A stretch of 64,000 nucleotides of DNA from positions 41,426 to 105,425 of IMG/VR virus record IMGVR_UViG_3300045997_000112; one strand, given 5' to 3'. Below, in pieces: positions 8,174 through 18,574 of the stretch (positions are counted from its first letter, which is position 1; the number at the start of each line of letters is the position of its first letter). The position numbers and the translations under genes are program-made. The notes beneath the pieces were generated by a model. That model ran no database searches and was not told where the DNA came from. It saw only the letters and a program-made list of their open reading frames with translations. This DNA comes from a virus.

Positions 8174-9757
8174 TCAGGTCGCAATCTCCCCAGTGACCAG
8201 CGAGGTCATGAGCGGCTTGATGATGACGCGGCACCCGGACGCCTGGATCCACCGGAGGTTCCGCTCCGAGTACCCGGGGTCCGCAGCACGGCAGACCACC
8301 CGCAGCTGGTACTCCCGGCCTGGGGTCAGGCCGCCGACGACGTGGAAGTTCGCCGACCGGACCTGATCCACGTCCGTCTGCTCCGCCACTGCCCGGGCGC
8401 CATTGTTGACGCACCCGTGCCGATCGTTGGCAGCCAGGATGACGTTGGTGGGAGTGGCCTTCTCGAAGATCTCGTAGGACACCCAGGTGGGCCTCGAGAA
8501 CGAACGGATCTCCACCGACAGCTGGATCTCGACGGCACCAGTGGCCGGACCGACGAAGTCCATGACGATCTTGCGCCGGTAGTTGACGTTGCTGTTCTCC
8601 CGATCGGACGGAGACGCGTACCGGCCCTCGGCTGCAGCGGTGTGCCCGCCCGGGTTGTACGGCGGCACCGGGATGAACATCGTGCCCCCAACGTTGTAGA
8701 GCCACGTCTTCATGCCCCGGGCGATCATCCCGCCGGAGAACTCCGCGAGCGCGGTGTCGACGACGAGGTTCTTGTTCTTCGAGGTGATGCTGCCACCCTC
8801 GAGGGTCAGCGTGGTCGGGCTGAGCCCGCCGCCATCCTTGAAGACCAGCCCGTTCGGGCGGTACTCCCCGCCCGCGTGGAAGACCAGCCCATTCTTGTCC
8901 AGGGTCAGTCCATCGAACTCGATCGGCCGGTCGAGGGTGTCCCCGTTGATGCTCTTGCAGGTGACGTTGCCCTCGGAGTCGATCAGGAACACCGTGCTGT
9001 CCGACGCGTCGGCGATGCGGAACACGTTCCGGGCCCGACCCTTGATCAGGGCGTTGTTGAGGTAGATGGTCTCGTCGGTGCCGATCACCAGGGACAGGAC
9101 CGGAGCCGCCGTCCCAACCGTGAACGAGCTGCCGCCAACCCCGAGGGACCCCGGGGAGAGCAGGATCTCGTGCCCCACCCGGACGATCCCGGTCTTGGAG
9201 TCCAGGGAGATGGTGTGCTCGGAGTCGAGGACCACGGACTGCGCCGTGATCGCGCCCGAGCTCCACAGCGCCACCGCCGAGCTGGCGGACCAGTTCTTGT
9301 CCGAGGACCACCTCTTCGCATCCAGGATGGCGAGGGCAGGCTGGGCGTCCGCTGCCGACTGGAGGATGGCCACCCCACCGGTACCCGGAGGGCGGAAGTC
9401 GTTGCGAGTGGGATCCACCACCCCGGCGCCGAGGAGGGAGACGTAGTTCTGGTCCAGGTCCCTCAGGGCCGCCCGCTCAATGTTGGTGATCCGCTCGTGA
9501 AGAGAGGGCCACACGAGCGGGTCGCTGGTGCCGTCGTAGGAGATGAACAAGTTGGGCGTGCCCACCGGGTGGGCGCTCGTGCTGCCGTACCAGACCCGCT
9601 TGGCATCCTGCGGGGTCTCGTTGACGAACAGCCCGAGCGTGAACTGGGTGGCCTCGAGCTCGTACTGGAGCTTGTTGACGTGATCGGACTCGACCACCTC
9701 ACCCTGAATCTTGGGCTCCCACCGGGGGAACGCACCGGGGTACAAGGAGTTGGCCAT
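8174..9757 (-). CDS. minor tail / fibre protein
   Basis: N-term YPGAFP...HVNKLQYELEATQFTLG motif shared with 4914-6074; beta-rich body. Confidence 0.7.
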   Translation of the reverse strand: MANSLYPGAFPRWEPKIQGEVVESDHVNKLQYELEATQFTLGLFVNETPQDAKRVWYGSTSAHPVGTPNLFISYDGTSDPLVWPSLHERITNIERAALRDLDQNYVSLLGAGVVDPTRNDFRPPGTGGVAILQSAADAQPALAILDAKRWSSDKNWSASSAVALWSSGAITAQSVVLDSEHTISLDSKTGIVRVGHEILLSPGSLGVGGSSFTVGTAAPVLSLVIGTDETIYLNNALIKGRARNVFRIADASDSTVFLIDSEGNVTCKSINGDTLDRPIEFDGLTLDKNGLVFHAGGEYRPNGLVFKDGGGLSPTTLTLEGGSITSKNKNLVVDTALAEFSGGMIARGMKTWLYNVGGTMFIPVPPYNPGGHTAAAEGRYASPSDRENSNVNYRRKIVMDFVGPATGAVEIQLSVEIRSFSRPTWVSYEIFEKATPTNVILAANDRHGCVNNGARAVAEQTDVDQVRSANFHVVGGLTPGREYQLRVVCRAADPGYSERNLRWIQASGCRVIIKPLMTSLVTGEIAT

Positions 9758-11235
9758 CAGAATCGAGTCCTTCCAGTGGTGACGTTCTTGGTGACCGTGA
9801 CGACGACCGAGGATGGATCGGGCAGCACGGCGATCTCGTTCCGGTCGGGATCGATCTCCGCCACCGAGGACGTTCCGGTGGAGAACCCGATGACCCGGGC
9901 GAACTGGACCACCGACGTGGGAATGGCCTCACTGATCGCACGAATGATGTGGTCCGCCGACACAACCTCGCCGAACACCCCACTCTCGTAGGAGAACTTC
10001 GCGTACAGGGCCTCCTGGACGGCAAAGGCCACGTAGTCCACATCCACCGACGGGGCGGCGATGACCTCCACCTCCACCCCGAAGTCGAGGGTCCTGCCCG
10101 CCCGGACCACGGGCTCCACTCCCGCCAGGGCAACCTTGGTGAGGGAATCCTCTGTCACCCGGACCAGCTCCTCCAGCATCTCCGGAGACCCGTACAGGGA
10201 CTGGTCCCGAGGCGCGATCCAGATGGTGGGCCGGGACCACACCGAGGACTCGCACCGCGCGTCGAGGATCCGGGAGTCGGCACGAGCGATCGCCTCGTAG
10301 TCCCCGGCCGTCACCGCGCGACGCTGGGTCTTGGTCAGGTTCACCGTGCCGGAGCGGATGGAGTCCATCGACTCCAGGTCCCGTCCACCCGATGGGGAGG
10401 ACAGGGAGTGCACCGTGACGTCGGAGTACTGGGCGAGCGCCGGGTCGTCCCAGGAGACGAGGAACCGGGTGAGGTCTGCTCCTGGGGCGTTCCCAGCCGA
10501 GCCATTCGTGATCCGGTACATCACCCCGACGGTCCACCCCTTGATGGGCACCCGACCGGCCACCCCATCCCCGAACGCGATGTACGTGGTCCCATCCGGA
10601 TCCACCACCGCGCTGAACACGTAGTCCCCGGATGGGCTGTCCAGAAGTAGCTCGGTATGAGTCCAGAACTCGCGTCGGGTGGCGTCGTCGGGGTGCTGGG
10701 TGAGCACAGCGAGCGCGCCGAGGCGCCCATCCACCCCGGTGTCCTGAAGGAGGAACCGCTGGTTGCCGGTGCCATCGGACACCCCGAGCTCGACGTAGCG
10801 GGTGTTGCCCTCCCAGGCATCCAGCACCCGGGAGTCGCCCGGCTCGAGCGTCACCTCGGACTGGAGCTCATAGGCGAGGCCACCGGACTGCGCGCCCACC
10901 ATGGTGTGCTCGGCAACCGTGACGGTCTGGGTCCCATTGTTGGTGAGCTCCACCGGGCACCACGCGCTGACGGCCAGACCGGGGGAGTACCCGAACAGCC
11001 TGGCGAGGGCGTAGATGTTGCGCGGGCTGTTGGCCGTCAGGATGTTGGACTCCTGGGCCGCCCGGTCGACGTAGTAGCTCATCATGTCGCCGATGTAGGA
11101 CATGCCCTCGACCAGGGAGTAGGCGAAGTCCGAGGGATCCGGGCTCCACCCGGGAACCCGGTCCTTCAGGAAGGTGATCATCTGGTTGCGGAGGGACACG
11201 TAGTCACGGTCCGTGTAGTCGAAGGGGTTACTCAT
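9757..11235 (-). CDS. baseplate J-like wedge protein
   Basis: DYTDRDYVSLR, SYYVDRAAQES, FGDGVAGRVP, GGRDLES, RAVTAGDYE motifs. Confidence 0.92.
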   Translation of the reverse strand: MSNPFDYTDRDYVSLRNQMITFLKDRVPGWSPDPSDFAYSLVEGMSYIGDMMSYYVDRAAQESNILTANSPRNIYALARLFGYSPGLAVSAWCPVELTNNGTQTVTVAEHTMVGAQSGGLAYELQSEVTLEPGDSRVLDAWEGNTRYVELGVSDGTGNQRFLLQDTGVDGRLGALAVLTQHPDDATRREFWTHTELLLDSPSGDYVFSAVVDPDGTTYIAFGDGVAGRVPIKGWTVGVMYRITNGSAGNAPGADLTRFLVSWDDPALAQYSDVTVHSLSSPSGGRDLESMDSIRSGTVNLTKTQRRAVTAGDYEAIARADSRILDARCESSVWSRPTIWIAPRDQSLYGSPEMLEELVRVTEDSLTKVALAGVEPVVRAGRTLDFGVEVEVIAAPSVDVDYVAFAVQEALYAKFSYESGVFGEVVSADHIIRAISEAIPTSVVQFARVIGFSTGTSSVAEIDPDRNEIAVLPDPSSVVVTVTKNVTTGRTRF

Positions 11236-11584
11236 GAGGACTCTCAATCCCGACCGTGGTCGTCAAGAGGCTGCTGTCCGGTGTCGTGTAGATGACCTCA
11301 ACCTCGTACGTGTCCTGGACCTGGTTCACGGACACCGACTCCACCTTGATGTGCGGGAGCCACTTCTTCAGCGCCTCCCGGACGGACTCCTCGGGCTGGA
11401 TCAGCGCGTTCTCGAACAATGAGGCGACGAGGTTGGTCCCGTAGTCGTCCCGCATGACCCGCTCACCCATGCGCGCACAGAGCACCTGGCTCACTCGTCC
11501 GGCCCACACCTCATCGGGAGTTCGGGCCACGACGAAGCGCCCATCAGGACCCAACTGCATGGGCCACTTCAGGTACGTCGCCAT
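11228..11584 (-). CDS. baseplate wedge protein gp25/GPW-like
   Basis: GERVMRDDYGTNL...ALKKWLPHIKVESV motif. Confidence 0.88.
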   Translation of the reverse strand: MATYLKWPMQLGPDGRFVVARTPDEVWAGRVSQVLCARMGERVMRDDYGTNLVASLFENALIQPEESVREALKKWLPHIKVESVSVNQVQDTYEVEVIYTTPDSSLLTTTVGIESPHE

Positions 11585-11603
11585 GGCGCCAATCCTCTCG
11601 TAC

Positions 11604-11861
11604 TCATGGGGCCCTCGTCCCATAGAACCCGACCCACACCGGGTACGCCCGGTCCCCGCCCTCGAACATGATCCAGACCCCGTCCCCGGTGCGTACCTCA
11701 GGTCGCTTCTTCGGATCGGGGTCCGAGAAGCACGGGAACGCCCACACCGATCCCGTCCCGGTGATGAGCGGGATGCTGACCTTGAGTCGGGCCAGACCGG
11801 AGTCATCCCGAGCGTCGGTCACGACCCCTCGATACAGCCCGGTCAGCGCTGTGCTCGCCAT
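11604..11861 (-). CDS. baseplate spike gp5/gpV OB-fold protein (short)
   Basis: YRGVVTDARD...RLKVSIP...WAFP...GDGVWIMFEGGDRAYPVWVG. Confidence 0.88.
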   Translation of the reverse strand: MASTALTGLYRGVVTDARDDSGLARLKVSIPLITGTGSVWAFPCFSDPDPKKRPEVRTGDGVWIMFEGGDRAYPVWVGFYGTRAP

Positions 11862-13000
11862 CGCGCCCCCTCCCGCCACATGGTCGCGCCCCGGACCCGC
11901 TGGGGCGGCACGTACAGGACCGGCTCGTTCTCAAGGTTGACGGCCTCCCCGAAGTCGCCCACCCGGTGAATGTTGCGCTCAGGTGCGAAGACCTCCGGGC
12001 TCAACCTCCGGAGGTCCTCGGCCCGGTGCAGCTCGAGGCTCATGTCGTAGGCGTTCTGCTCCATGTCGTACTCGTGGCAGACCGAGTTGACCAGCCACCA
12101 CGGTCCCGGATCCGATCCCCGGACGAACACCGGCTTCCCGGCCGTGATCCCGATGTGCCCGGTGCCCTGAGCCTGAGCCACATGCGTGACCGTGGATCCG
12201 GACAGACGATCGACCACGTTCCCATAGGACTGGGCGACGTATCCCGGGTACCGGGAGAACATGGAGTCGCCCTCCTCCCGCTGGGTCACTCGTGCGGTGT
12301 GCGGATCTACCCCAAAGGCAATGCGGTGATCAGGAACTACCCCAAGGGCACCGGTGTTGTCCGTGGTCGGGATCTTGAACTGGCGCAGCACGAACTGGTT
12401 GGTGGAGTGTGCGGCCCCGCCCATCCACACCAGCGTCACGGCCTCCTGCCGGTACATGTCGATGATGTCCTTGAGCTGCATCGCATGGACCGTGGTCCCG
12501 GTGGTGAACAGGTACTGGCTGTACTCCTTGGCCGTCTCGGCGAGCACCTCCCACTGGGAGCGCCCACCCAAAAGCATCTGCCGCTCGGAGTCCGGGCCCC
12601 GCACGATCGGCACCAGTCCGTTCCGGCGGATGATCTGACGCTGGCCATCCCGCACCTTGCCCGCCACAACATTGGTGGGCTCCTTGAGCGGGTAGGTGAG
12701 CCCCACCCCGACGACCCGGGTGTACGGGGCGTTCGATCCCGGCTCCTCGTAGGGCGTCACCGAGTCCACGTACCCGTGCCACCGGCGCCGCCCCTTGCGC
12801 GACGTGATCGAGACCGTCATCGGGGCGCCAGAGCGGAGGCTCTCCTGTGCGTACTTGGCGTGCCCGGCATGCCTGACCACGAAGATCGTGTGCTTGCCGC
12901 ACTCCTCCAACACCTGCAGATGGGTCGCCCCGCCCAGGAACCCGGTGGTCACTGAGGCGGGATAGCGAACCTCGCTGCGGAGATGAAGGCTGGGGATCAT
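11843..13000 (-). CDS. baseplate hub protein (gpD/gp27-like)
   Basis: Between LysM and spike genes; WHGYVDSV, SQWEVLAETA, ITAGKPVFV...WWLVNSVCH. Confidence 0.7.
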   Translation of the reverse strand: MIPSLHLRSEVRYPASVTTGFLGGATHLQVLEECGKHTIFVVRHAGHAKYAQESLRSGAPMTVSITSRKGRRRWHGYVDSVTPYEEPGSNAPYTRVVGVGLTYPLKEPTNVVAGKVRDGQRQIIRRNGLVPIVRGPDSERQMLLGGRSQWEVLAETAKEYSQYLFTTGTTVHAMQLKDIIDMYRQEAVTLVWMGGAAHSTNQFVLRQFKIPTTDNTGALGVVPDHRIAFGVDPHTARVTQREEGDSMFSRYPGYVAQSYGNVVDRLSGSTVTHVAQAQGTGHIGITAGKPVFVRGSDPGPWWLVNSVCHEYDMEQNAYDMSLELHRAEDLRRLSPEVFAPERNIHRVGDFGEAVNLENEPVLYVPPQRVRGATMWREGARWRAQR

Positions 13001-13266
13001 GTGACGATCCTCGGGATCTTGATCACGTCACCCGGCCGGATCATGGTGGGGCACCGAAGGGTGGGGTTGGCGTCGAGCACCATCCACCACTTCAGGCGTG
13101 GGATCCCCAGGGCCTGGGAGATCCAGTCGATGCGGTCCCCGGCCTTCCACCGGTACAGCAGGAAGTCTCCCTGGATGGGGAACTCCCGATCCACGGTGTA
13201 GACCACCTCACCGTTGAGGTCAGCAGACCTGACCGCCCCGGTCACGTAGCGCGAGTTCAGGTACAT
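12997..13266 (-). CDS. LysM / tail-X-like baseplate protein
   Basis: GDRIDWIS..LG...WWMVLDANP...IRPGDVIKIP. Confidence 0.85.
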   Translation of the reverse strand: MYLNSRYVTGAVRSADLNGEVVYTVDREFPIQGDFLLYRWKAGDRIDWISQALGIPRLKWWMVLDANPTLRCPTMIRPGDVIKIPRIVT

Positions 13267-13267
13267 G

Positions 13268-14773
13268 TCATCTCCTCAGGGCGTGCGGGCTCTTGTTGGT
13301 CCAACCTTGGGAGCTCTTGTTGAGCAGCCACATGGCCGGATCCTGGAACACGGACCAGGACTTCCTCCAGGCCACCTCGTTCCGGACCTCGAAGTGCAGA
13401 TGAGCTGCAGCTCCGGAGGACATCCCGGACTTGCCCACGAACCCGATGTGGCGCCCCTTCGTCACCGACATCCCAACCTTGATGCCCGATGCCACCCCCT
13501 GCATGTGCCCATAGCAGGCGTACGGGCCCGCCTTGGTCTTGAGCACGAGCTCGGTTCCCAGGGCCCCACCCTGGTGGATGGCCGCGATGGTCCCGTCATC
13601 GACGGCGTACAGGAGACCACCTGAGGAGTCGGCATTCTTGGGAGCCCAGATGTCGATCCCGGTGTGCGCCCCGAGGGCATAGTTGGTGGCGCCCCGGGTC
13701 TTGAACCCGAGGTAGACCAGCCAGTCCGACTTGGTCGGCATCGCCCAGTTCTGCCGGACTACGCCCGGGCCCTGGACCTGCCCCGCTCCGGTGCCCTGCG
13801 GGCCACTGTTGGGATCACCCGGAATGTTGCCCGCAACCGCGCTGTCTGATCCGGCGCCAACGGTGGTGTACCCGGCCAGGCCATACATGTCCGTGGTCCG
13901 GAGGAAGTTGATGGACAGGAAGGAGTAGACCGGGATCATGCCCGGCGCGTACTGCTGGTGCTGGACGCTCATGCTCGCCACGATGCCCCGGTACTTCCGG
14001 CAGCCCTCCGAGTCGCCCACGCTCATGATCACCGGGGTGGCCATGAGCATGCCCCAGTCGGACGTCTCCTCCCGCCAGGTGTTCACCGGGTCGAGGTTGA
14101 TCACCCGGAACAGGTACTCGATGTCGTACTGGGTGCCCCGCGCCAGGATCTCGGCCCGGTCCTCCTCCGTGGGCCGGTCCAACAATGGGTACTGCTGCTG
14201 CCAGTCGTCCCGGAGCAGGACGCGCATGTCCTCAGCTCGAGACAGCAGCAGCTTGACGGTGATCGTGGCCCCGGTGTTGCACGACATCAGCAGCAGGGGG
14301 TTGGCTGCGATGTCCCGGATGAAGTCGGCGTACGCGATGTCCATCGGAGCCGTGAACGACTCCTGGATCTCCGACGGGTTGTAGTGGAACTGGAAGCCCC
14401 ACCTACCTGAGGTGCTGGCCCATCCGGAGTCCGCCGCCTTGAGGCGCTCGTTCATGTTGAAGTCGCGGACGATCATCCCACGCTCGTTGAACCCGGCCTC
14501 CCGGTAGATGGGCTTGGCCCCGTTGCCGTAGGGGACCCGGCCCTTGTAGAGCGACTGGGAGTGCAGCTGCGTCGGGATGGCGGCGTTGAACTTGAGGTAC
14601 GCCCCGTCCTGCCTGCGAAGGTTGGTGTCCCCGGGGAGCGGGTACGCCTCACCCTCCACGGGCGCGGTGGGACTGGTGCCCGGCTGAGTGACCTCACCCG
14701 TCGGTGGATTGGCCCAATCGGGCGTGTTGATGGGATAGCTGGGCGCTGGTGTGTCCGGGAGGAAGTTGACCAT
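13268..14773 (-). CDS. tail tube initiator-like protein with C-terminal M23 peptidase
   Basis: FQFHYNPSEI initiator-like motif; HTGID, YGHM and HLHFEVR M23 motifs. Confidence 0.8.
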   Translation of the reverse strand: MVNFLPDTPAPSYPINTPDWANPPTGEVTQPGTSPTAPVEGEAYPLPGDTNLRRQDGAYLKFNAAIPTQLHSQSLYKGRVPYGNGAKPIYREAGFNERGMIVRDFNMNERLKAADSGWASTSGRWGFQFHYNPSEIQESFTAPMDIAYADFIRDIAANPLLLMSCNTGATITVKLLLSRAEDMRVLLRDDWQQQYPLLDRPTEEDRAEILARGTQYDIEYLFRVINLDPVNTWREETSDWGMLMATPVIMSVGDSEGCRKYRGIVASMSVQHQQYAPGMIPVYSFLSINFLRTTDMYGLAGYTTVGAGSDSAVAGNIPGDPNSGPQGTGAGQVQGPGVVRQNWAMPTKSDWLVYLGFKTRGATNYALGAHTGIDIWAPKNADSSGGLLYAVDDGTIAAIHQGGALGTELVLKTKAGPYACYGHMQGVASGIKVGMSVTKGRHIGFVGKSGMSSGAAAHLHFEVRNEVAWRKSWSVFQDPAMWLLNKSSQGWTNKSPHALRR

Positions 14774-14774
14774 G

Positions 14775-16676
14775 TCAGTACCAGTGCGGCTTCCGTGAGA
14801 GCCAGGTCGAGTAGGCGCGGGACGGGCGCCCGTACGGGGTGCCCTTGTTGGACTCGCGGGACTTCACCCGGATGTACTCCAGGCCCCAGGCGATCTGCTT
14901 GGCCGGGGTCTTCCTCCACGCGTCATTGTTGGTCTCCGGGTGCCACCGGGGAATGGCCTGCGGGATCCCGGTGGCGTTGGAGGACGGGTTCTTGGCCAGG
15001 TGGTTCCAGCTCGACTCCCCGTCCCAGAGCTTGATCAGGGCCGTCCAGTCGGCGTCGTTCCACCCGTACTTCGACCGGTAGGTGTCGAAGATGGGCTTGG
15101 CGATCGCAATGTTCTGGTCCCGACGGGATCCCGGCTTGCTGGATCCGTACCCGGGGACGTTGTCCGGCGTGGGCGCGGGGATGTGCACGCCTCCTGCGGG
15201 GCCCTCGACACCCGGCACCGTGACGCTGCCCGAGGACCCGGCGGCCGAGTCGTCCTTGCTCTCGCCCTCCGTGCTCTCGTTGGTGTACCAGGAGTCCGAG
15301 TGCCGGGAGATGCCCAAGGACACCTGGGTGCGGATCGGGATCATCCCGGGCGCGAACATCGTGTGGTGGAACGACGCCTGCATGATCGAGCCACGGATGC
15401 GCCGAACCTTGGGGCCGTCACCGATGGACACCAGCACCGGGTAGGGCACGAGCACCCCGAAGTCGGACGTCTTCCGGCCGTGCCACATGGTCGCTCCGGG
15501 CGGCTGGCCGTTGACGCAACGGAACAGGTACTCGAGGTCCCACATGGTGCCGTACTTGAGCAGGCCCTCGTAGTCGTCCTCGTTCCACCCCTGGATCCCG
15601 ATCGCCTCGTAGAACTTTTGAGTCCGTGCCCGGTCATTGATCCCGTAGAGGGAGAACATCTTGTGGTCCATCTGCCGGTCCAGCAGAAGGTTGAGCGTCA
15701 TGGAGGACCCGGTGTTCTGCACCACAGGTGGCGCGTCAGCTGCTGCCACGTCCGCGAGGTACTGGCCCGTGTCCACCCCGGACGGGGTGGCGTAGTTCTC
15801 CGAGTTGGTGCCCGGGTTGAACAGGAACCGGAACCCATACAAGGGCCCGGCGCTCGGTCGGTAGTTGTCGACGTGGATCACCTCGGTGCGGATGGTGCTC
15901 GGCGCGAACTCCTCCACCTCTCCGGTCTCCGGATCGATCGGGCCCTCGTAGTGGTCGTGCTCGGGGAGCCCCGCCACGCTCTCGAGCGCGGCCGGGTCAC
16001 GGGTGATCCACCCCTTGCCGAACGCCTCAGGACCGTGGATTCCGCTCCACCAATCTTGGGAGCCCTGACCCTCCTTGAGCTGGGCGTTGTACATCCGGGC
16101 CTGCCGGAGGTTGTCCCACAGCGGTGGGTTGAACACGGTCTGGCGCCGGAGGTGCTGGATGTCGATCAGGTCCCGAACCGCGTCGAAGTTCCCGGCCGCC
16201 TCGCTGGATCCCGCAGAGCCAGAGCCAGAGGACGACCCCGTGGACCCGGAGGCCGACCCGTCCTCCTCCGGAGGCGGCGGCAGGACCATGCCCTCCCGCC
16301 ACTTGATCGCACCGGCCGGGTTCACCGATCGACCGTTGATCTGGACCTCGAAATGCAGGTGGTTGCCCGTGGAGTTGCCCAGCGTGCCGACCTCACCCAG
16401 CTTCTGCCCGGCCTGCACCCGCTGCCCGGCGGAGACGGTCTTGGACCTCATGTGGGCGTAGATGTCCTTCTGACCGCCGCCAACATTGACGATCACCATG
16501 TTGGGTCCGGCCCACCCCTGGGGCTTGATCTCCACGATGCCCGGGCGCGCGGCCACCACGTTGCGACCTGCGGGCGCCGCGAAGTCGCACCCCGTGTGGT
16601 ACCCGGACGACCATGACGAGCCCTTCTGCCCGTACGGCGTGGTGATCCTCGTCTGGGAGGGGACCGGGGCAACCAT
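14775..16676 (-). CDS. virion peptidoglycan hydrolase: M23 peptidase + tube-initiator-like domain + lytic transglycosylase
   Basis: HTGCDF, YAHM, HLHFEV (M23); FRFLFNP; C-term LWDGESSWNHLAKNPSSNATGIPQA...QIAWGLEYI...HWY (SLT-like). Confidence 0.85.
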   Translation of the reverse strand: MVAPVPSQTRITTPYGQKGSSWSSGYHTGCDFAAPAGRNVVAARPGIVEIKPQGWAGPNMVIVNVGGGQKDIYAHMRSKTVSAGQRVQAGQKLGEVGTLGNSTGNHLHFEVQINGRSVNPAGAIKWREGMVLPPPPEEDGSASGSTGSSSGSGSAGSSEAAGNFDAVRDLIDIQHLRRQTVFNPPLWDNLRQARMYNAQLKEGQGSQDWWSGIHGPEAFGKGWITRDPAALESVAGLPEHDHYEGPIDPETGEVEEFAPSTIRTEVIHVDNYRPSAGPLYGFRFLFNPGTNSENYATPSGVDTGQYLADVAAADAPPVVQNTGSSMTLNLLLDRQMDHKMFSLYGINDRARTQKFYEAIGIQGWNEDDYEGLLKYGTMWDLEYLFRCVNGQPPGATMWHGRKTSDFGVLVPYPVLVSIGDGPKVRRIRGSIMQASFHHTMFAPGMIPIRTQVSLGISRHSDSWYTNESTEGESKDDSAAGSSGSVTVPGVEGPAGGVHIPAPTPDNVPGYGSSKPGSRRDQNIAIAKPIFDTYRSKYGWNDADWTALIKLWDGESSWNHLAKNPSSNATGIPQAIPRWHPETNNDAWRKTPAKQIAWGLEYIRVKSRESNKGTPYGRPSRAYSTWLSRKPHWY

Positions 16677-18574
16677 CAGACGCTCGCAAGCGCGTTGAGG
16701 GACTGGGAGGTCTCCACAGCCTCCTTGACCGTCTGCACGAGCCGCTGGGCCTCACCCCAGGAGGCGTTCTTGAGCTCGACGTACACGTTGACCTGACCGG
16801 ACCGCTGCTGCTGGTCTCCACCGCCCATGTGCTTCTGGACAGAAGAGCGGAAGCTCTCGGCGACATCAGCGGGCAGGATCGTCTCGCCCTCGTGGATCTT
16901 GGCCAGATGAGCACGGGAGACGTTCCACACGCCCTCGGCATGGCGCTGGGTGCCCATGCCCGTGCCGTCGGAGGCCGCCGAGTAGTCCGCCCCGCCGTTG
17001 AACAGAGATCCGGCCGCGTAGCCCGCGCTGTGGCTGACGAACCCACCCGCCGCGCCACCGAGGGCACCCAGGGCCATGCCTGCGGGCCCGCCGGGGATCC
17101 CCAGGAGCATGCCGCCGAGCGCCCCGCCGAGGGTGGAGCCCAACGCCCCGCCCCAAAAGCCCTCCCCATTCTTGGCGTCCATGAAGCCGAACCCGCCGCT
17201 GACCAGGGCGCCCAGGCCGGGGATGGCCCGGGATCCCAGCTTCCCAGCTGTCTTCCCCGCTGCCTTTAGGCCAGCTCGACCGCCAACTTTGGCACCAATC
17301 TTGGACACGAGGCTGCCTGCCGCCTTGCCCGCCCGGCCGCCGCCCTTCCCCTTCATCATGGAGCGAAGCATCATCACGTCGGCCACGTCCCCGGCAGCGT
17401 CCAGCAGGTTGCCTCCTGCACCGCTGAGCGCGTTGCCCATGAAGGAGTTGTTCCACCCCACGCCCGCGCCATTCAGCTGCTGCAGCAGGGCCGTGGCCGG
17501 ACCCAGCGCCTGGTAGAACGCGGTCAGCCCCTCGGTGGCTGTCTCGAGCGCCCCGTTCATGATGCCGAAGCCCGCCACAGCGTCCTTGGTGCCCGCCTCG
17601 ACGTACTTGTCCTCCGCAGTCACCCGGGACAGAATCCCGGCCAGCGGGTTGACGTTCCGGTCGGTGGCCTCCTTCCCCGGGGTGGCCATCGAGTAGCCCG
17701 TGCCCTGGGAGCGGCGGTTGAGCATGTAGGTCTTGGCCATCTCCAGGTCCTCGCCCTGGAAGACCTGCGAGAGGGAGTAGTGGCCCGCGCCACCCACCTG
17801 CAGGGAGCGGCGCATCTGCTCCGGCGTCATGTTCTCGAAGCCGAGGCGCCGGTACCAGCTGGCGTATGCCTGCTCCCCAACGATGCGGTTGCCCTGAGCG
17901 TCGGTGGTCCGCACGCCTGCCATCAATGAGGCGTTCTGGTACTGCGCGCTGCTCACCGAGTTCAGGTGGGCCTGAGCGGCGGCGCTGTTGTCGTACCCGA
18001 GGGTCAGCGCAGCCCATCCGCCGAAGTTGCCCAGGTTCTGAGCCTGGGAGCTGCCGAGGAACGCTCCGGAGGCGACGGCCGCTGTCCGCTGGATCTCATT
18101 GATCCCGCTGACCCGGTTGCCGATGCCCGCCTGCACTCCGGACTCGTACCCGAGGCCCGCCTGGTAGCCCCCGGCCATGACCCCGGTGTGGTACCTGATC
18201 TGCTGCCGGTTGATCCCGGACACCGCGTTGGGCAGGAGACCGACCCCGGCCGCCACCGCGTTGGCGCTCGCCGACATGATCCCGGCGGCCATGGATGCCC
18301 GATACGCGCCCGGCGACATCCCGGCGGCAGCCGGTCCCACCGGGGGTGGCATCGCGGGGCCCCCACCATTGGGGCCGCCCATGATCATCTGGGGAGTGGC
18401 GAACCCGCCGCGCCCGCCCGCGCTCTGCCCGAGCATCCGCTGGACTTCGCGCGCGTCCTTCTTGGCCTGCGCGAGGTTGTCCTTGACCTTCTCGGAGTTG
18501 TTCACCAACCCCGTGGTGCTGTTGATGGGCTGCATGGCGGAACTGGCCCGAGCGGCTGGGAGGTTGTCAGCCAT
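16676..18574 (-). CDS. tape measure protein
   Basis: Gly/Ala-rich 632 aa after tail chaperones; HAEGVWNV...AKIHEGETILP motif typical of TMP C-termini. Confidence 0.8.
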   Translation of the reverse strand: MADNLPAARASSAMQPINSTTGLVNNSEKVKDNLAQAKKDAREVQRMLGQSAGGRGGFATPQMIMGGPNGGGPAMPPPVGPAAAGMSPGAYRASMAAGIMSASANAVAAGVGLLPNAVSGINRQQIRYHTGVMAGGYQAGLGYESGVQAGIGNRVSGINEIQRTAAVASGAFLGSSQAQNLGNFGGWAALTLGYDNSAAAQAHLNSVSSAQYQNASLMAGVRTTDAQGNRIVGEQAYASWYRRLGFENMTPEQMRRSLQVGGAGHYSLSQVFQGEDLEMAKTYMLNRRSQGTGYSMATPGKEATDRNVNPLAGILSRVTAEDKYVEAGTKDAVAGFGIMNGALETATEGLTAFYQALGPATALLQQLNGAGVGWNNSFMGNALSGAGGNLLDAAGDVADVMMLRSMMKGKGGGRAGKAAGSLVSKIGAKVGGRAGLKAAGKTAGKLGSRAIPGLGALVSGGFGFMDAKNGEGFWGGALGSTLGGALGGMLLGIPGGPAGMALGALGGAAGGFVSHSAGYAAGSLFNGGADYSAASDGTGMGTQRHAEGVWNVSRAHLAKIHEGETILPADVAESFRSSVQKHMGGGDQQQRSGQVNVYVELKNASWGEAQRLVQTVKEAVETSQSLNALASV

